Assembly: GCA_902798685.1 (NCBI GenBank)
Contig: CADBXO010000010.1
Coordinates: 30,877-94,876 of the forward strand
DNA: 64,000 nt
Origin: an uncultured Bacteroidales bacterium
GTDB taxonomy: Bacteria > Bacteroidota > Bacteroidia > Bacteroidales > Bacteroidaceae
Direction of reading: 5' to 3'
In this document: positions 33,048 to 42,844 of the stretch, one piece after another
How the letters are laid out: every line of letters begins with the position of its first letter
Position numbering within the stretch: position 1 is the first letter of the stretch
Program-made: the position numbers and the translations under genes
Notes under the pieces: generated by a model
The model's database searches: none
Seen by the model: the letters and a program-made list of their open reading frames with translations, nothing else
Told to the model about the DNA's origin: nothing

Positions 33048-34190
33048 ATGGACCTTACAGATTACAGAAACAAGATTGACTCTATCGATGATGAGATATG
33101 CCGTCTCTTCACCGAGCGCATGAGCGTAGTCAATGAGATTGGCGAATTCAAACGCAGCCATGATGTACCCGTTAGCAGCAGTTCACGCGAGCGCGAGGTG
33201 CTGGCACGCATTTCCAAACAGTTGCCCGAGGATTTGGAGGATTTCGGACGCGTACTTTACCGTTCAATGTTTGACGTGAGCAAGGCTTATGAGGCCATGT
33301 ACAAGGAGAAGGACTCCCCTCTCTACAAGGCTATCTCAAGCCTGATCAATGCTGATCCCGCTCCCTTCCCCAAGCGCGCCGTTGTGGCTTGTCAGGGACG
33401 TGAGGGCGCATACTCACAGATTGCAGCCGAGAAGCTGTTTGAGGTGCCCGAGATCATGTTCAACAACACCTTTGAGGGTGTTATCCGCATGGTTACCGAC
33501 GGCCTTTGCGAGTACGGCATCCTGCCTATCGAGAACTCAACCGCAGGTTCTGTGAATGAGATCTATGACCTGCTGGTAAGATATAATGTTCATATTGTAC
33601 GCAGCACACGCGTGCGCGTTGACCATCAGCTGCTGGCCGCCAAGGGAACCCGTTTCCAGGATATCAAGACCATCTACTCTCATCCGCAGGCCATCAACCA
33701 GTGCTCACACTTCCTGGCCGCCCTGAAGGATGTTGAGATCATTCCGTTCGACAACACCGCTATGGCTGCCCAAAAGGTTGCCAAGGATCCCAATAGGACA
33801 TCGGCCTCTATATCTTCAAAGAGTTGCGTTGACCTCTATAACATGGAGGTTCTTGCAGCCGATATCCAGAACTTTGACAGCAACCACACACGCTTTATCT
33901 GCATTGCCAAGAACGCCCGCATCTATCCGGGTGCCAACCGTACCAGTATCATGATGGTGATGTCACACAAGCCCGGTACTCTGTTCTCAGTGCTGTCTAA
34001 GTTCAATGCAACAGGCGCAAACCTTGTAAAGCTGGAGTCCCGTCCTATCCCGGGCCGCGATTTTGAGTTCATGTTCTACTTTGACATTGAGCTCTCCATC
34101 TATGACAAGAAGTTCGCGTCACTGATCAGTGAGCTGGACCATTGCGGCGAGCAGTTCAAGTATTTCGGCACATATCAGGAAATTGTCTAA
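33048..34190 (+). CDS. pheA: Bifunctional chorismate mutase / prephenate dehydratase
   Basis: N-terminal CM_2 (IDSIDDEICRLFTERMSVVNEIGEFK), the PDT block YGILPIENSTAGSVNEIYDLL, and a C-terminal ACT domain (TSIMMVMSHKPGTLFSVLSKF). Confidence 0.85.
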   Translation: MDLTDYRNKIDSIDDEICRLFTERMSVVNEIGEFKRSHDVPVSSSSREREVLARISKQLPEDLEDFGRVLYRSMFDVSKAYEAMYKEKDSPLYKAISSLINADPAPFPKRAVVACQGREGAYSQIAAEKLFEVPEIMFNNTFEGVIRMVTDGLCEYGILPIENSTAGSVNEIYDLLVRYNVHIVRSTRVRVDHQLLAAKGTRFQDIKTIYSHPQAINQCSHFLAALKDVEIIPFDNTAMAAQKVAKDPNRTSASISSKSCVDLYNMEVLAADIQNFDSNHTRFICIAKNARIYPGANRTSIMMVMSHKPGTLFSVLSKFNATGANLVKLESRPIPGRDFEFMFYFDIELSIYDKKFASLISELDHCGEQFKYFGTYQEIV

Positions 34191-34199
34191 CTTAGCGGC

Positions 34200-34628
34200 A
34201 TGAAAAAGATTCTTGTCATAAACGGTCCTAACCTGAACCTTCTGGGTCTTCGCGAGCCCGCCATTTACGGCAGCCGCGACTACAAGGCTCTTGAGGCATT
34301 CGTGCTTGAGAACGGTCTGGACCTGGGGCTCCAGGTGGAGTGCTTCCAGTCAAACCATGAGGGCGCCATCGTGGATAAGATCCAGCAGGCGTACGGCGTG
34401 TTTGACGGTATCGTGATCAACCCCGCGGCTTACACTCATACAAGCGTTGCCATTCTGGATGCGCTCAAGGCTGTGGCCATTCCCACGGTCGAGGTTCATC
34501 TGAGCGATGTTGACTCTCGTGAGGAGTTCCGCCGCCACTCATTCGTGTCTCTTTACGCCTGCAAGGTGATAAAAGGCAAAGGCTTTGACGGCTACAGAGA
34601 GGCTCTGGAACACTTTTCTGAAAAATAA
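34200..34628 (+). CDS. aroQ: Type II 3-dehydroquinate dehydratase
   Basis: ILVINGPNLNLLGLREPAIYG ... QSNHEG ... INPAAYTHTSVA. Confidence 0.9.
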   Translation: MKKILVINGPNLNLLGLREPAIYGSRDYKALEAFVLENGLDLGLQVECFQSNHEGAIVDKIQQAYGVFDGIVINPAAYTHTSVAILDALKAVAIPTVEVHLSDVDSREEFRRHSFVSLYACKVIKGKGFDGYREALEHFSEK

Positions 34629-34641
34629 TTGAAAAAATATC

Positions 34642-34675
34642 AAGGTCCGGACCAACAAATCCGGACCTTTTTCGT
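34642..34675 (+). terminator. Intrinsic terminator of the aro operon
   Basis: AAGGTCCGG-ACCAACAAAT-CCGGACCTT followed by TTTCG. Confidence 0.75.
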
Positions 34676-34701
34676 CTATTAGGCAAAAGAATTACTCAAA
34701 C

Positions 34702-35580
34702 ATGATGAAAAAGTATCTTATTGCGGTTGTAGCAGCTCTTCTGGCAGTTCCCGCGTTTGCACAGTCCGAGAGACATTACGAATATGATGAATATGGCCAG
34801 GTCGGCCGCAAGGAAGGCTGGGCCCGCCGTTTTGCCCACAATTTCTACGATGCTCTGGTGGGTGCCGAGTATTATGAGGTAGTCGATGAGCAGGGCAACC
34901 AGTATGACAAGAAACCTGTCAGCAAGAAGGAGCAGAAAAATGTAAGCAAAACTTACCGTTACTACGGTCCCGGTCACACCCCAAGTTTCTACCTGGGCGT
35001 GAATATGCTCACAACCGATGATCCTATGGTTATGGTTCCTGGTCTGCCCCAGAAACAGGGCAAGGGATTCGAGCTTGGATTCGCCGTAGGTCAGTGGGGT
35101 TACCATATGACCAGGAACATTGGCGTCAACACCGCATTCTACATAACACGTTCACGTTACTGGATTGACAACGGTCAGTTCCTGGATTATACATCCAACA
35201 GAACCGGAGGCCAGAAAATAGATCTGTTTGACACCTATGACGGTCATCAGGCAAAGCAGGGTTACCTGCGCTACTGGAGCCTGCGCGTACCTATCTGCCT
35301 TGAGATCAGCTCAGCATCAAGACGCGGACCGTTCATCGCTGTCGGTCCCGAGATCGAGTACCGCTTTGCCGATGTTTCAAAGGTTGACCTTATCGGTAAT
35401 GATGACCGCGTGACAGTTGCAGACGGCATCAACGTGAATCCTATTGGTCTTAACGCAGTAGCGCGCATCGGCATAAATGATTTCGGAATCACAGCCCGCT
35501 ACTCATTCACCAGCCTCTTCCTGGATGATGATCCCGTAAAGACCTACCCCTTCATGATTGGTATCAGCACATCATTCTAA
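34702..35580 (+). CDS. Outer-membrane beta-barrel (porin-family) protein
   Basis: Signal peptide ending AFAQ, alternating amphipathic strands, and a C-terminal ...GISTSF aromatic terminus. Confidence 0.6.
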   Translation: MMKKYLIAVVAALLAVPAFAQSERHYEYDEYGQVGRKEGWARRFAHNFYDALVGAEYYEVVDEQGNQYDKKPVSKKEQKNVSKTYRYYGPGHTPSFYLGVNMLTTDDPMVMVPGLPQKQGKGFELGFAVGQWGYHMTRNIGVNTAFYITRSRYWIDNGQFLDYTSNRTGGQKIDLFDTYDGHQAKQGYLRYWSLRVPICLEISSASRRGPFIAVGPEIEYRFADVSKVDLIGNDDRVTVADGINVNPIGLNAVARIGINDFGITARYSFTSLFLDDDPVKTYPFMIGISTSF

Positions 35581-35600
35581 TACATCCAAATATTTGCTCG

Positions 35601-35634
35601 CATCCCGGACTTTCACGTTCGGGATGTTTTGTTT
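35601..35634 (+). terminator. Intrinsic terminator
   Basis: CATCCCGGAC-TTTCAC-GTTCGGGATG followed by TTTTGTTT. Confidence 0.7.
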
Positions 35635-35641
35635 ACTTTTG
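35634..35641 (+). promoter_or_regulatory. -7 box TACTTTTG, 6 nt before the ATG (near-leaderless)
   Basis: Exact TAnnTTTG. The ATG is at 35648. Confidence 0.45.
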
Positions 35642-35647
35642 CGTGCT

Positions 35648-36769
35648 ATGCTTGAGATTAAGGAGGTCCTCACCGACAAGGACAAAAAGAAGCTCTTCAG
35701 GTTCCCCATTGACCTGTACAGAGATTGTGACATGTACGTGCCCGTGCTCATAGGTGATGAGATGGACACATTCAACCCCAAGAAAAACGGGGCATACAGC
35801 TACGCCGACAGCCGTCTGTGGCTGGCTCTTCGCGACGGAAAGGTTGTGGGCCGAATCGGTGCCATCCTGAACCGCGCCGCCAATGAGAAGGACAACGTAA
35901 AGCAGCTGCGTTTTACACGCTTTGACTTTATCGATGACTTTGAGGTCTCAAAGGCGCTGTTTGACACCGTAATCGCCTGGGCCCGTGAGCTGGGTATGAC
36001 CGAGCTGGTTGGCCCGCTGGGATTCTCCAACCTTGACAAGCAGGGTATGCTGGTGGACGGTTTCGACCAGCTGGACATGTACATCACCCTCTACAACTAC
36101 CCCTACTACATCGAGCATATGAAACGTCTGGGCCTGACCAAGAAATGGGACTGGACCGAGACCAAGGTGATTGTACCCGATCAGGTTCCCCCCAAGATGG
36201 ACCAGATTGCCGAGATATCCGAGAAGCGTTACGGCTACTCCATCAAGAAGTTCAGGAACATGAAGGAGGTCCGCCCCTATGTTCGCCGCGCGATGGAGAT
36301 CATCAACATAGCATTCGCCAAACTCCACGGAGTTGTTCCTTTGTCCGATAAGCAGATCGACAACATGGAGCATCTGATAGGCCTTGTAGGCCGTCCCGAG
36401 TATTCGCTCATGGTTCAGAACCACGCTGGCGATTTGGTTGGTTTTGGCTTCATAGCACCCTCAATCAGTCGCGGCATCCGCGCCAGCAAGGGCAAGCTTG
36501 GCCTGTTCTCCGCACTGAAGGTCCTGAGCGATCTGAACGATCATCGGCACATAGATTTCTACATGATAGGCGTCCGTCCCGAGGACCAGAAAAAAGGCGT
36601 GGAGTGCATCATCCTGCGCGAAGGAATCAAAGCCATCCAGTCCCACGGCGGCATAGACTGCCAGACCGGCCCCATGCTCGAGGACAACGCCAACGTCCAG
36701 AACATCTGGAAGCACTTTGAACACTACACTCACCGACGTCGCCGCTGCTGGAGTTACGTGATACCTTAG
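35648..36769 (+). CDS. GNAT-like acyltransferase-family protein (function unknown)
   Basis: 373 aa starting at MLEIKEVL. The segment VVGRIGAILN...LRFTRFDFIDD...AWARELGMTELVGPLGF resembles a GNAT core. The longer track ORF (35558) overlaps the upstream gene and terminator. Confidence 0.5.
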   Translation: MLEIKEVLTDKDKKKLFRFPIDLYRDCDMYVPVLIGDEMDTFNPKKNGAYSYADSRLWLALRDGKVVGRIGAILNRAANEKDNVKQLRFTRFDFIDDFEVSKALFDTVIAWARELGMTELVGPLGFSNLDKQGMLVDGFDQLDMYITLYNYPYYIEHMKRLGLTKKWDWTETKVIVPDQVPPKMDQIAEISEKRYGYSIKKFRNMKEVRPYVRRAMEIINIAFAKLHGVVPLSDKQIDNMEHLIGLVGRPEYSLMVQNHAGDLVGFGFIAPSISRGIRASKGKLGLFSALKVLSDLNDHRHIDFYMIGVRPEDQKKGVECIILREGIKAIQSHGGIDCQTGPMLEDNANVQNIWKHFEHYTHRRRRCWSYVIP

Positions 36770-36770
36770 A

Positions 36771-39700
36771 CTACTGGCAAACTGGCCGCACGGAATTACC
36801 GTAGAAACGGATGCCGCAGTCCGCACCGTGATAGCCCGAATTGAAAAAGAGGTACCACGCATAGATCGGGCTGTCCGTGTTGAGCGAACTGGACCAGTAG
36901 CGGCACCCGGTAGCCGGCAGGAAAATGGAGCGGTCTGTGTAACCGGACTTGTTGCTCGTAACTCTGTAACCATTAACACCGTTCAGTGTGATCCAGGTCC
37001 AGGTGCAGTTGTTGAGCAATTCGGTGAATTCTGTCTGTGTGGGCATGCGCCAGCTACCGCCCCACTTCTGGTTGGCCACATCATCACTCATGTCAAGAGT
37101 GGTCATTGTGTCAGTGAAACCATTATAGCCATAGATACTATCGTTACAATATTTGGTCATAGTAGTAAGTGAACCATTGCAATACTTGTAGTTGAACTCA
37201 TTATAGGTTGATTTGGCCTCCGTCTCACCCCATGCAAAATATGAACCGTAATCCTCTGGTTTCTCAGCGCCAATATTACATGTAGCCCATTTAACACTTA
37301 ATCCTAGATCCACATATTCCTTAACAGGTTCATATTCCTTAACTACGACATCACACACAGATTCTAAGCCATTGTATTCTGCCGTAATATGTGCTGTACC
37401 CTGAGACAAGGCTGTTACGGTTCCATTATCAGTTACTGTAGCAACACTAACATTATCGGAAATCCAAATCACATTGTAAAGGAAACTATAATCCTCATTT
37501 CCGCTCAAAATATATGCTTTCAAATCGGCCATGTTGCCTTCAACCATATTCAACGACTCTCTATCTATTGCTACAGATGTAATAGCCCATGAATCTGATG
37601 GACAAACTGGACGGACTGTTTGCCCCACATAACGAGAACTTCCCCCATAAACACCAATACCATAGCTTGTACCTGAGATATCAAATGATTTAGCATTTAT
37701 ATAATAAGAACCTAACGTTCTTGTCCAGTAATTACCACCTTCGCCAGAATCATGAAAGTTGTTTTCATAACGACGGGATGAAGCAGGCAAGAAGATATAG
37801 TTATTTTCAAATCCAGCTACATTACTCTTAATCTTGAAACCATTGACGCCATCCAGAGTTATACGTGTCCAAGTACATTTATTACATAACTCTAGGAACT
37901 CTTCACAAGATGGCATACGCCAGTTACCACCCCATTTAACATGTGCAACATCATCTGTTAATTCAAGTGTGGTTTTATCATCAACAACACCTAAAATACT
38001 ATCACTATTATACTTAGTTAAGGTAGAATAAGATCCTTGACAATACTTATAATTAGACCATGTGTAACCGTTTGTTTTACCACTCTTCCAAACAGGATTT
38101 TCAGACTGAGCACTACCAGGTTCATAATATGGCTCTGTATCGCCCCAAGCAAAATAATCCCCATAACCAGTCTTAGTATCTGCGCCGACATTAAAGGTTG
38201 CCCACTTGACGCTCAAGCCCAAATCAACATAACCATAATTATTATCATATCCCGTAGGATCATAAGTCGTTACCCCATTTGACACAGTAACCAAGCAGCT
38301 ATCACAGCTATTTCCAATAGAAGCAATGATATAAGCTAATCCGGAAGCAATCCCCTTTACAACGCCATTTTCATCTACAGTTGCCACTGATTCATCATTT
38401 GAGATCCAAGATATCTTTACGAACCCACTACTTACCACATAGCTTAACTGTGATGTCTCATTTGGATCAAGAGCTATACTAGTCTGAGTGATATTTACTG
38501 AAACCTTCCAATTCGGGTTATCCATAACGGGGCGAACAGGCATACCGGAACTTTTACTATATGATGACATATATGCTGGTTCATAGTCATAATCTGGCAT
38601 ATTATACATATATAGACTGAACGCCTCATCGTTACCATCCGTATTATTACACCAATAATAGCCATCATTCCTACTTACAAGGGAGGATCCATTGCGTCTG
38701 CCTGTAACTGGAAGGAATATTGAATTATCCTCATATCCGTATTTTTGGCCTGTTATTTTATAACCTTTCACCCCATTTAGTGTTGTCCACTCCCATGTGC
38801 AGTTGTATAGTAATTCATAAAAGTTTTGGGTTGTAGGTACATGACATTTATCCCCATATACCATGCGAGCGACATCATCATCAGGCTCAAGTTTTGTCAG
38901 GCTATCCTCGTTGTTATACTTGGTAATGATATAATCTCCATCATCTGATATCTCAGCCCACTTATAAGTACTCTGACTATATCTTGCCTTAGGTTCAGTT
39001 TCACCCCATGCATAGTAGTCACCAATGGCTTCAGGCTCTAGCGCACCTACATTGCATGTGGCCCACAGAACACTTAAACCAAGGTCTACAAAATCTTTAA
39101 CATATTGTTTTTCTTCTACTTCCACTATACAATCGGCTTTTCCATCACTAAATTCAGCAGTGATATATGTCTTTCCTGGCGAAATAGCAGTAACTACCCC
39201 TTGCTCACTGACTGTTGCAATTTGCTCATCATTTGAAGACCATTTGATATCATACAATTGGGTTATCACCTCATCACGATCCTTTATGGTAGCCTTTATA
39301 TTTGCAGTATTATACTGTATAAGATGAACAGAATCGATATTTAGGGATATTGATGGAATAATTGTATCTGACTTGCATACTGGGCGTATGAAATAACGGA
39401 ATGTACGATGACCATTAGTGGTTTCTAAACAATAATTCTCTTTAAACATCAGTATGTATGCATATTCAGAACTAACACCTATTGAACTAGACCAGTAATG
39501 CCCATATGAGTCAGTCTCATCCCCTGTAACAGGAATTACTATATAATTATCATTTGTATTACTTGTCACCTTGCAACACCTAATTCCATTTTGAGTGATC
39601 CATGTCCAAGTACAATTATTTATTAATTCATTAAATTCCGCTTTAGTTGGAATACGCCAACCGGCACCCCATATCTCATGAGCAGCATCATCCGCCAGGG

Positions 39701-41879
39701 TTAGAGTTCCTTTATTTCCTGAGCCATATTGAGAATAATCAGCACAAGTTCTTCCATTCTCACCCCATTTATAACCATCCCCCCTTTCTTCTGGTGTAAT
39801 TGCTCCTACATTACAAGTGGCCCACATTACACTTAAGCCAAGATCCACATACTCATGTGAGCCATTAACTATTACCTCACATTTTGCCGTTGCATTTGAA
39901 CATAAAGCGGTTATTATCGCCTTACCCTTTGATTTGGCGCGCACGGTGCCATCATTGTCAACAGAAGCTACAGTCTCATTATCTGAACTCCATGTAATAT
40001 TCCAGAATGAATATGAGTCTACACCACACATTGGAGTTGCACTGAGTTTCTTTGTTGAGCAAACATCCATGGATAAAATACTGTCGCTTAGGTCTATAGA
40101 AGTTATTCCAGGCCAATTGTCGGACTGGCGTACTGAACGCACGGATTGACCCCAATAACGACTTGCGTCGTCTGTAATCATATTGACCGAACTGAAGATG
40201 AACTCCGAGGCACGATACGATGTTGATGTGTTGAGAGAACTGGACCAGTAGTAGCCCTTAGAACCTACTTTATCCAGTGAAGCACCACAGTAACCAGCGG
40301 CAGGAATAAAGATATAATGCCCTTCATAACCAGACAATTTACTTACAACCTTATATCCATTAATGCCATTTAGAGTGGTCCATATCCACCAACATCTATG
40401 GAGCAACTCTTCGAATTCTGCGTGAGTAGGAATACGCCAGCCACCACCCCACATTATATGAGCAACATCATCATCAAGATCTAAAGTTGTTTTATCGTCA
40501 TAGTAATAATATTTTGACAATAAAACATCATTATCTGAACTGCCATAGTAACGGAAACTGTAATTACTCCATGTGTATCTGCTCTTAGTACTTGTTTCAC
40601 CCCATGCATAATAATTGCCATAATCTTCTGGTTTAGCAGCACCAATATTAAACGTAGCCCAATTTACAGACAAGCCTAAATCAACATAGCCATAATTATC
40701 TTCATAACCTGTTGGGAGATAACTCGTAGTAATATTTATTTTGCAACGGGCTTCGAATGTTTCATATGATACGGTTATTGTTGCCTCACCCATAGATACG
40801 GCCGAAACTACGCCATTGGAGTCAACAACAGCAACAGACTCATCACTTGAAGCCCATGAATATTTATCAGGATAGAAACTATAATCTGCTTCTCCGCTCT
40901 TTAAAGTCGGGATAAGTTTGTAACTATCCCCACCAGCAATCATCGTTAGATTGCTTTTGTCAAGTGTGACAGAAGTTATACCCTTCCAGGAAACAGATGG
41001 ACAAACTGCACGAACACTTTTTCCTATATACCGATTAGTTTCACTAGCACTCCGATTATTTGAACCAAAATTCAGACAAAAAGCAAGACGCGAATTATTA
41101 GTGGTTGTTTCGCTCGACCAGTAGCCACCACTTGAACCAGCAGAACTTACACTTGAACCATCACAGATACCTGCAGCAGGTAAAAAGATAGAACAATCTG
41201 TATACCCATTGATATTACTTGTGATTTTATAACCATTCACGCCATTTTGAGTAGTCCATGTCCATGTACAGTTATTTAATAATTCTGTGAACTCTAGTTT
41301 TGTGGGCAAACGCCAACTTCCATTAAGTTTAAAACTTGCTATATCGTCCGTCTCCGCAAGAACCGTTTCATTATCACAAAAACCATTATAACCATCATTG
41401 TTATTATTACAGTATTTGGTCAGGTAACCTCCACTATTACTAAATTCATATGTCGCCCAAGAATAAATACTTTTTGACTCTATTTCACCCCAAGCATAAT
41501 AATTACCATAATCCTCTACATACCTACCGGCACCAACATTACAAGTAGCCCAGTTGACACTTAGTCCCAAATCCACATATTCCTGCTCAGCATAAAGATC
41601 TGATAAGTTCGCGAACCGGACACTATCTACTCCTGATACTGGAAAAAAATATTTTGTCCCGTCACCATGAAAGATATTCATGTAATAAGTTTGGACTGAT
41701 TCTGACTTATTGGTGAAACTTATACTATCAACATCCGATAATGAGTAGTAGTATTTTTTACCATTCCGCACGGAAAAATTCATATAGTACTGAGCGTATA
41801 CAGGTACAGCATTAGATGTTACAAAAAAAATGATTGTAAAAAAGCGGCATACATTATTCAGATATGACATTAGTTTCAT
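36771..41879 (-). CDS. 1702-aa modular surface protein: 6 FISUMP/DUF1566-like modules alternating with 5 Big_2-like Ig domains
   Basis: Signal peptide present. The block (Y/F)VDLGLSV.WAT(C/F)N(V/I)GA....YG.Y(Y/F)AWGE starts at aa 101, 398, 687, 929, 1217 and 1522. Each is followed by GGxWR(L/I/M)PT..EF.EL...C.W.W....G..G.....(N)...IFLP..G and YWSS. Ig-like inserts contain SSD/NE.VA.VD..G.V.A...G.A.ITA. Confidence 0.85.
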   Translation of the reverse strand: MKLMSYLNNVCRFFTIIFFVTSNAVPVYAQYYMNFSVRNGKKYYYSLSDVDSISFTNKSESVQTYYMNIFHGDGTKYFFPVSGVDSVRFANLSDLYAEQEYVDLGLSVNWATCNVGAGRYVEDYGNYYAWGEIESKSIYSWATYEFSNSGGYLTKYCNNNNDGYNGFCDNETVLAETDDIASFKLNGSWRLPTKLEFTELLNNCTWTWTTQNGVNGYKITSNINGYTDCSIFLPAAGICDGSSVSSAGSSGGYWSSETTTNNSRLAFCLNFGSNNRSASETNRYIGKSVRAVCPSVSWKGITSVTLDKSNLTMIAGGDSYKLIPTLKSGEADYSFYPDKYSWASSDESVAVVDSNGVVSAVSMGEATITVSYETFEARCKINITTSYLPTGYEDNYGYVDLGLSVNWATFNIGAAKPEDYGNYYAWGETSTKSRYTWSNYSFRYYGSSDNDVLLSKYYYYDDKTTLDLDDDVAHIMWGGGWRIPTHAEFEELLHRCWWIWTTLNGINGYKVVSKLSGYEGHYIFIPAAGYCGASLDKVGSKGYYWSSSLNTSTSYRASEFIFSSVNMITDDASRYWGQSVRSVRQSDNWPGITSIDLSDSILSMDVCSTKKLSATPMCGVDSYSFWNITWSSDNETVASVDNDGTVRAKSKGKAIITALCSNATAKCEVIVNGSHEYVDLGLSVMWATCNVGAITPEERGDGYKWGENGRTCADYSQYGSGNKGTLTLADDAAHEIWGAGWRIPTKAEFNELINNCTWTWITQNGIRCCKVTSNTNDNYIVIPVTGDETDSYGHYWSSSIGVSSEYAYILMFKENYCLETTNGHRTFRYFIRPVCKSDTIIPSISLNIDSVHLIQYNTANIKATIKDRDEVITQLYDIKWSSNDEQIATVSEQGVVTAISPGKTYITAEFSDGKADCIVEVEEKQYVKDFVDLGLSVLWATCNVGALEPEAIGDYYAWGETEPKARYSQSTYKWAEISDDGDYIITKYNNEDSLTKLEPDDDVARMVYGDKCHVPTTQNFYELLYNCTWEWTTLNGVKGYKITGQKYGYEDNSIFLPVTGRRNGSSLVSRNDGYYWCNNTDGNDEAFSLYMYNMPDYDYEPAYMSSYSKSSGMPVRPVMDNPNWKVSVNITQTSIALDPNETSQLSYVVSSGFVKISWISNDESVATVDENGVVKGIASGLAYIIASIGNSCDSCLVTVSNGVTTYDPTGYDNNYGYVDLGLSVKWATFNVGADTKTGYGDYFAWGDTEPYYEPGSAQSENPVWKSGKTNGYTWSNYKYCQGSYSTLTKYNSDSILGVVDDKTTLELTDDVAHVKWGGNWRMPSCEEFLELCNKCTWTRITLDGVNGFKIKSNVAGFENNYIFLPASSRRYENNFHDSGEGGNYWTRTLGSYYINAKSFDISGTSYGIGVYGGSSRYVGQTVRPVCPSDSWAITSVAIDRESLNMVEGNMADLKAYILSGNEDYSFLYNVIWISDNVSVATVTDNGTVTALSQGTAHITAEYNGLESVCDVVVKEYEPVKEYVDLGLSVKWATCNIGAEKPEDYGSYFAWGETEAKSTYNEFNYKYCNGSLTTMTKYCNDSIYGYNGFTDTMTTLDMSDDVANQKWGGSWRMPTQTEFTELLNNCTWTWITLNGVNGYRVTSNKSGYTDRSIFLPATGCRYWSSSLNTDSPIYAWYLFFNSGYHGADCGIRFYGNSVRPVCQ

Positions 41880-42346
41880 TTCCTCAAGATTTTAATGGTT
41901 AGTGATTCGGATGATATAATGTATGTTCCTTCTGGCAACTCTGATATGCTGAATGTAACAGAGCCATCGGTATCTGTTTTATATTGCTGAAGGATATGAC
42001 CATCAGATGCTATCATACGGACATCAATGTCTGCCTTTGCTCCAGATATGCAAACAATGTATTCATTTAGAGTGATGCTGGCCTTTGAAACAATGGTTTC
42101 GACTGCATCCTCAATAGTATCCTTGTCATCGAAAGTAAATTTTGACAACCTGGTCAGTTCATAGCGCAGCTCAACACCCTTAGATTTTACCACCATTTCT
42201 GTATGGGTAAAAGTAACCACAGGCTTCTCTTCAAACCCGAAACTGAATTGCTGACCGTCTTTTTGATGAACTGTTAATGTGTTCTGAGCAAATAATCCTA
42301 ACGGCAATAGAGCCAATGCCAAGAGAAAAAAGAGATTCTTCCTCAT
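41876..42346 (-). CDS. Small secreted protein with T9SS-type C-terminal sorting domain
   Basis: Signal peptide LLALALLPLGLFAQ. The C-terminus DGSVTFSISELPEGTYIISSESLTIKILRK resembles the T9SS type A CTD. The stop overlaps the downstream ATG (ATGA). Confidence 0.6.
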   Translation of the reverse strand: MRKNLFFLLALALLPLGLFAQNTLTVHQKDGQQFSFGFEEKPVVTFTHTEMVVKSKGVELRYELTRLSKFTFDDKDTIEDAVETIVSKASITLNEYIVCISGAKADIDVRMIASDGHILQQYKTDTDGSVTFSISELPEGTYIISSESLTIKILRK

Positions 42347-42731
42347 TTTTTAGTCCTTTTCCGCTGGGCACTATACGGATTATACAAATACAAAGAAAGT
42401 GTGAGCCCACATAACCTCTTTCCATCAGAGAGCTCTGGACTGCCTGAGCAATAGGAATTCGGATTAACGTAAAGCCCACACAAACGACTATTGCATGGGC
42501 ATTGCCCTAAAAACAGTCGGTATGAGCGTTTAACGATATTCCCCATTGTCCATATAGAATTGTCCAGATTCTCTGACAAGGAATAAAGCTAGACGCTTTC
42601 TAAAATGTCCACATCATACCAGTGCATTGGCGGATGATGCTAAAGGCAAAAATACTGATTATTTGATAAAAAGAAAAAAACATCACTGATTCTTGCTGCA
42701 ACATGCCCATTAAGATAACTTAAAAAAACAT

Positions 42732-42802
42732 TATCTTTGCAATATCTAATACCAAAGGGTATACCATAAGATCTCAAGGTATTGAACTGAAATACCCTTT
42801 GT
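42732..42802 (+). promoter_or_regulatory. Conserved upstream module, copy D (-7 box + leader hairpin)
   Basis: TATCTTTG (42732-39), CTAATACC, then hairpin ACCAAAGGGTAT / ATACCCTTTGT (42751-62 / 42792-802). It ends ...ACTTGTTTGTCATG, like copy C (...ACTTGTTTGTTATG). Confidence 0.65.
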
Positions 42803-42844
42803 TATTGAATCTAGTCCTTATTAATAATCTAAAACTTGTTTGTC

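Noticed and set aside
42347-42720. ORFs 42231-42479 and 42343-42579, and a possible ncRNA in the 490-nt spacer upstream of the giant-protein operon
   Set aside because: The ORFs have no start context or motifs and overlap each other. I could not find a convincing conserved structure. There is one possible minus-strand -7 box (CAAAAATA at 42647-54), which would imply a long 5' UTR, but that is too weak to call.
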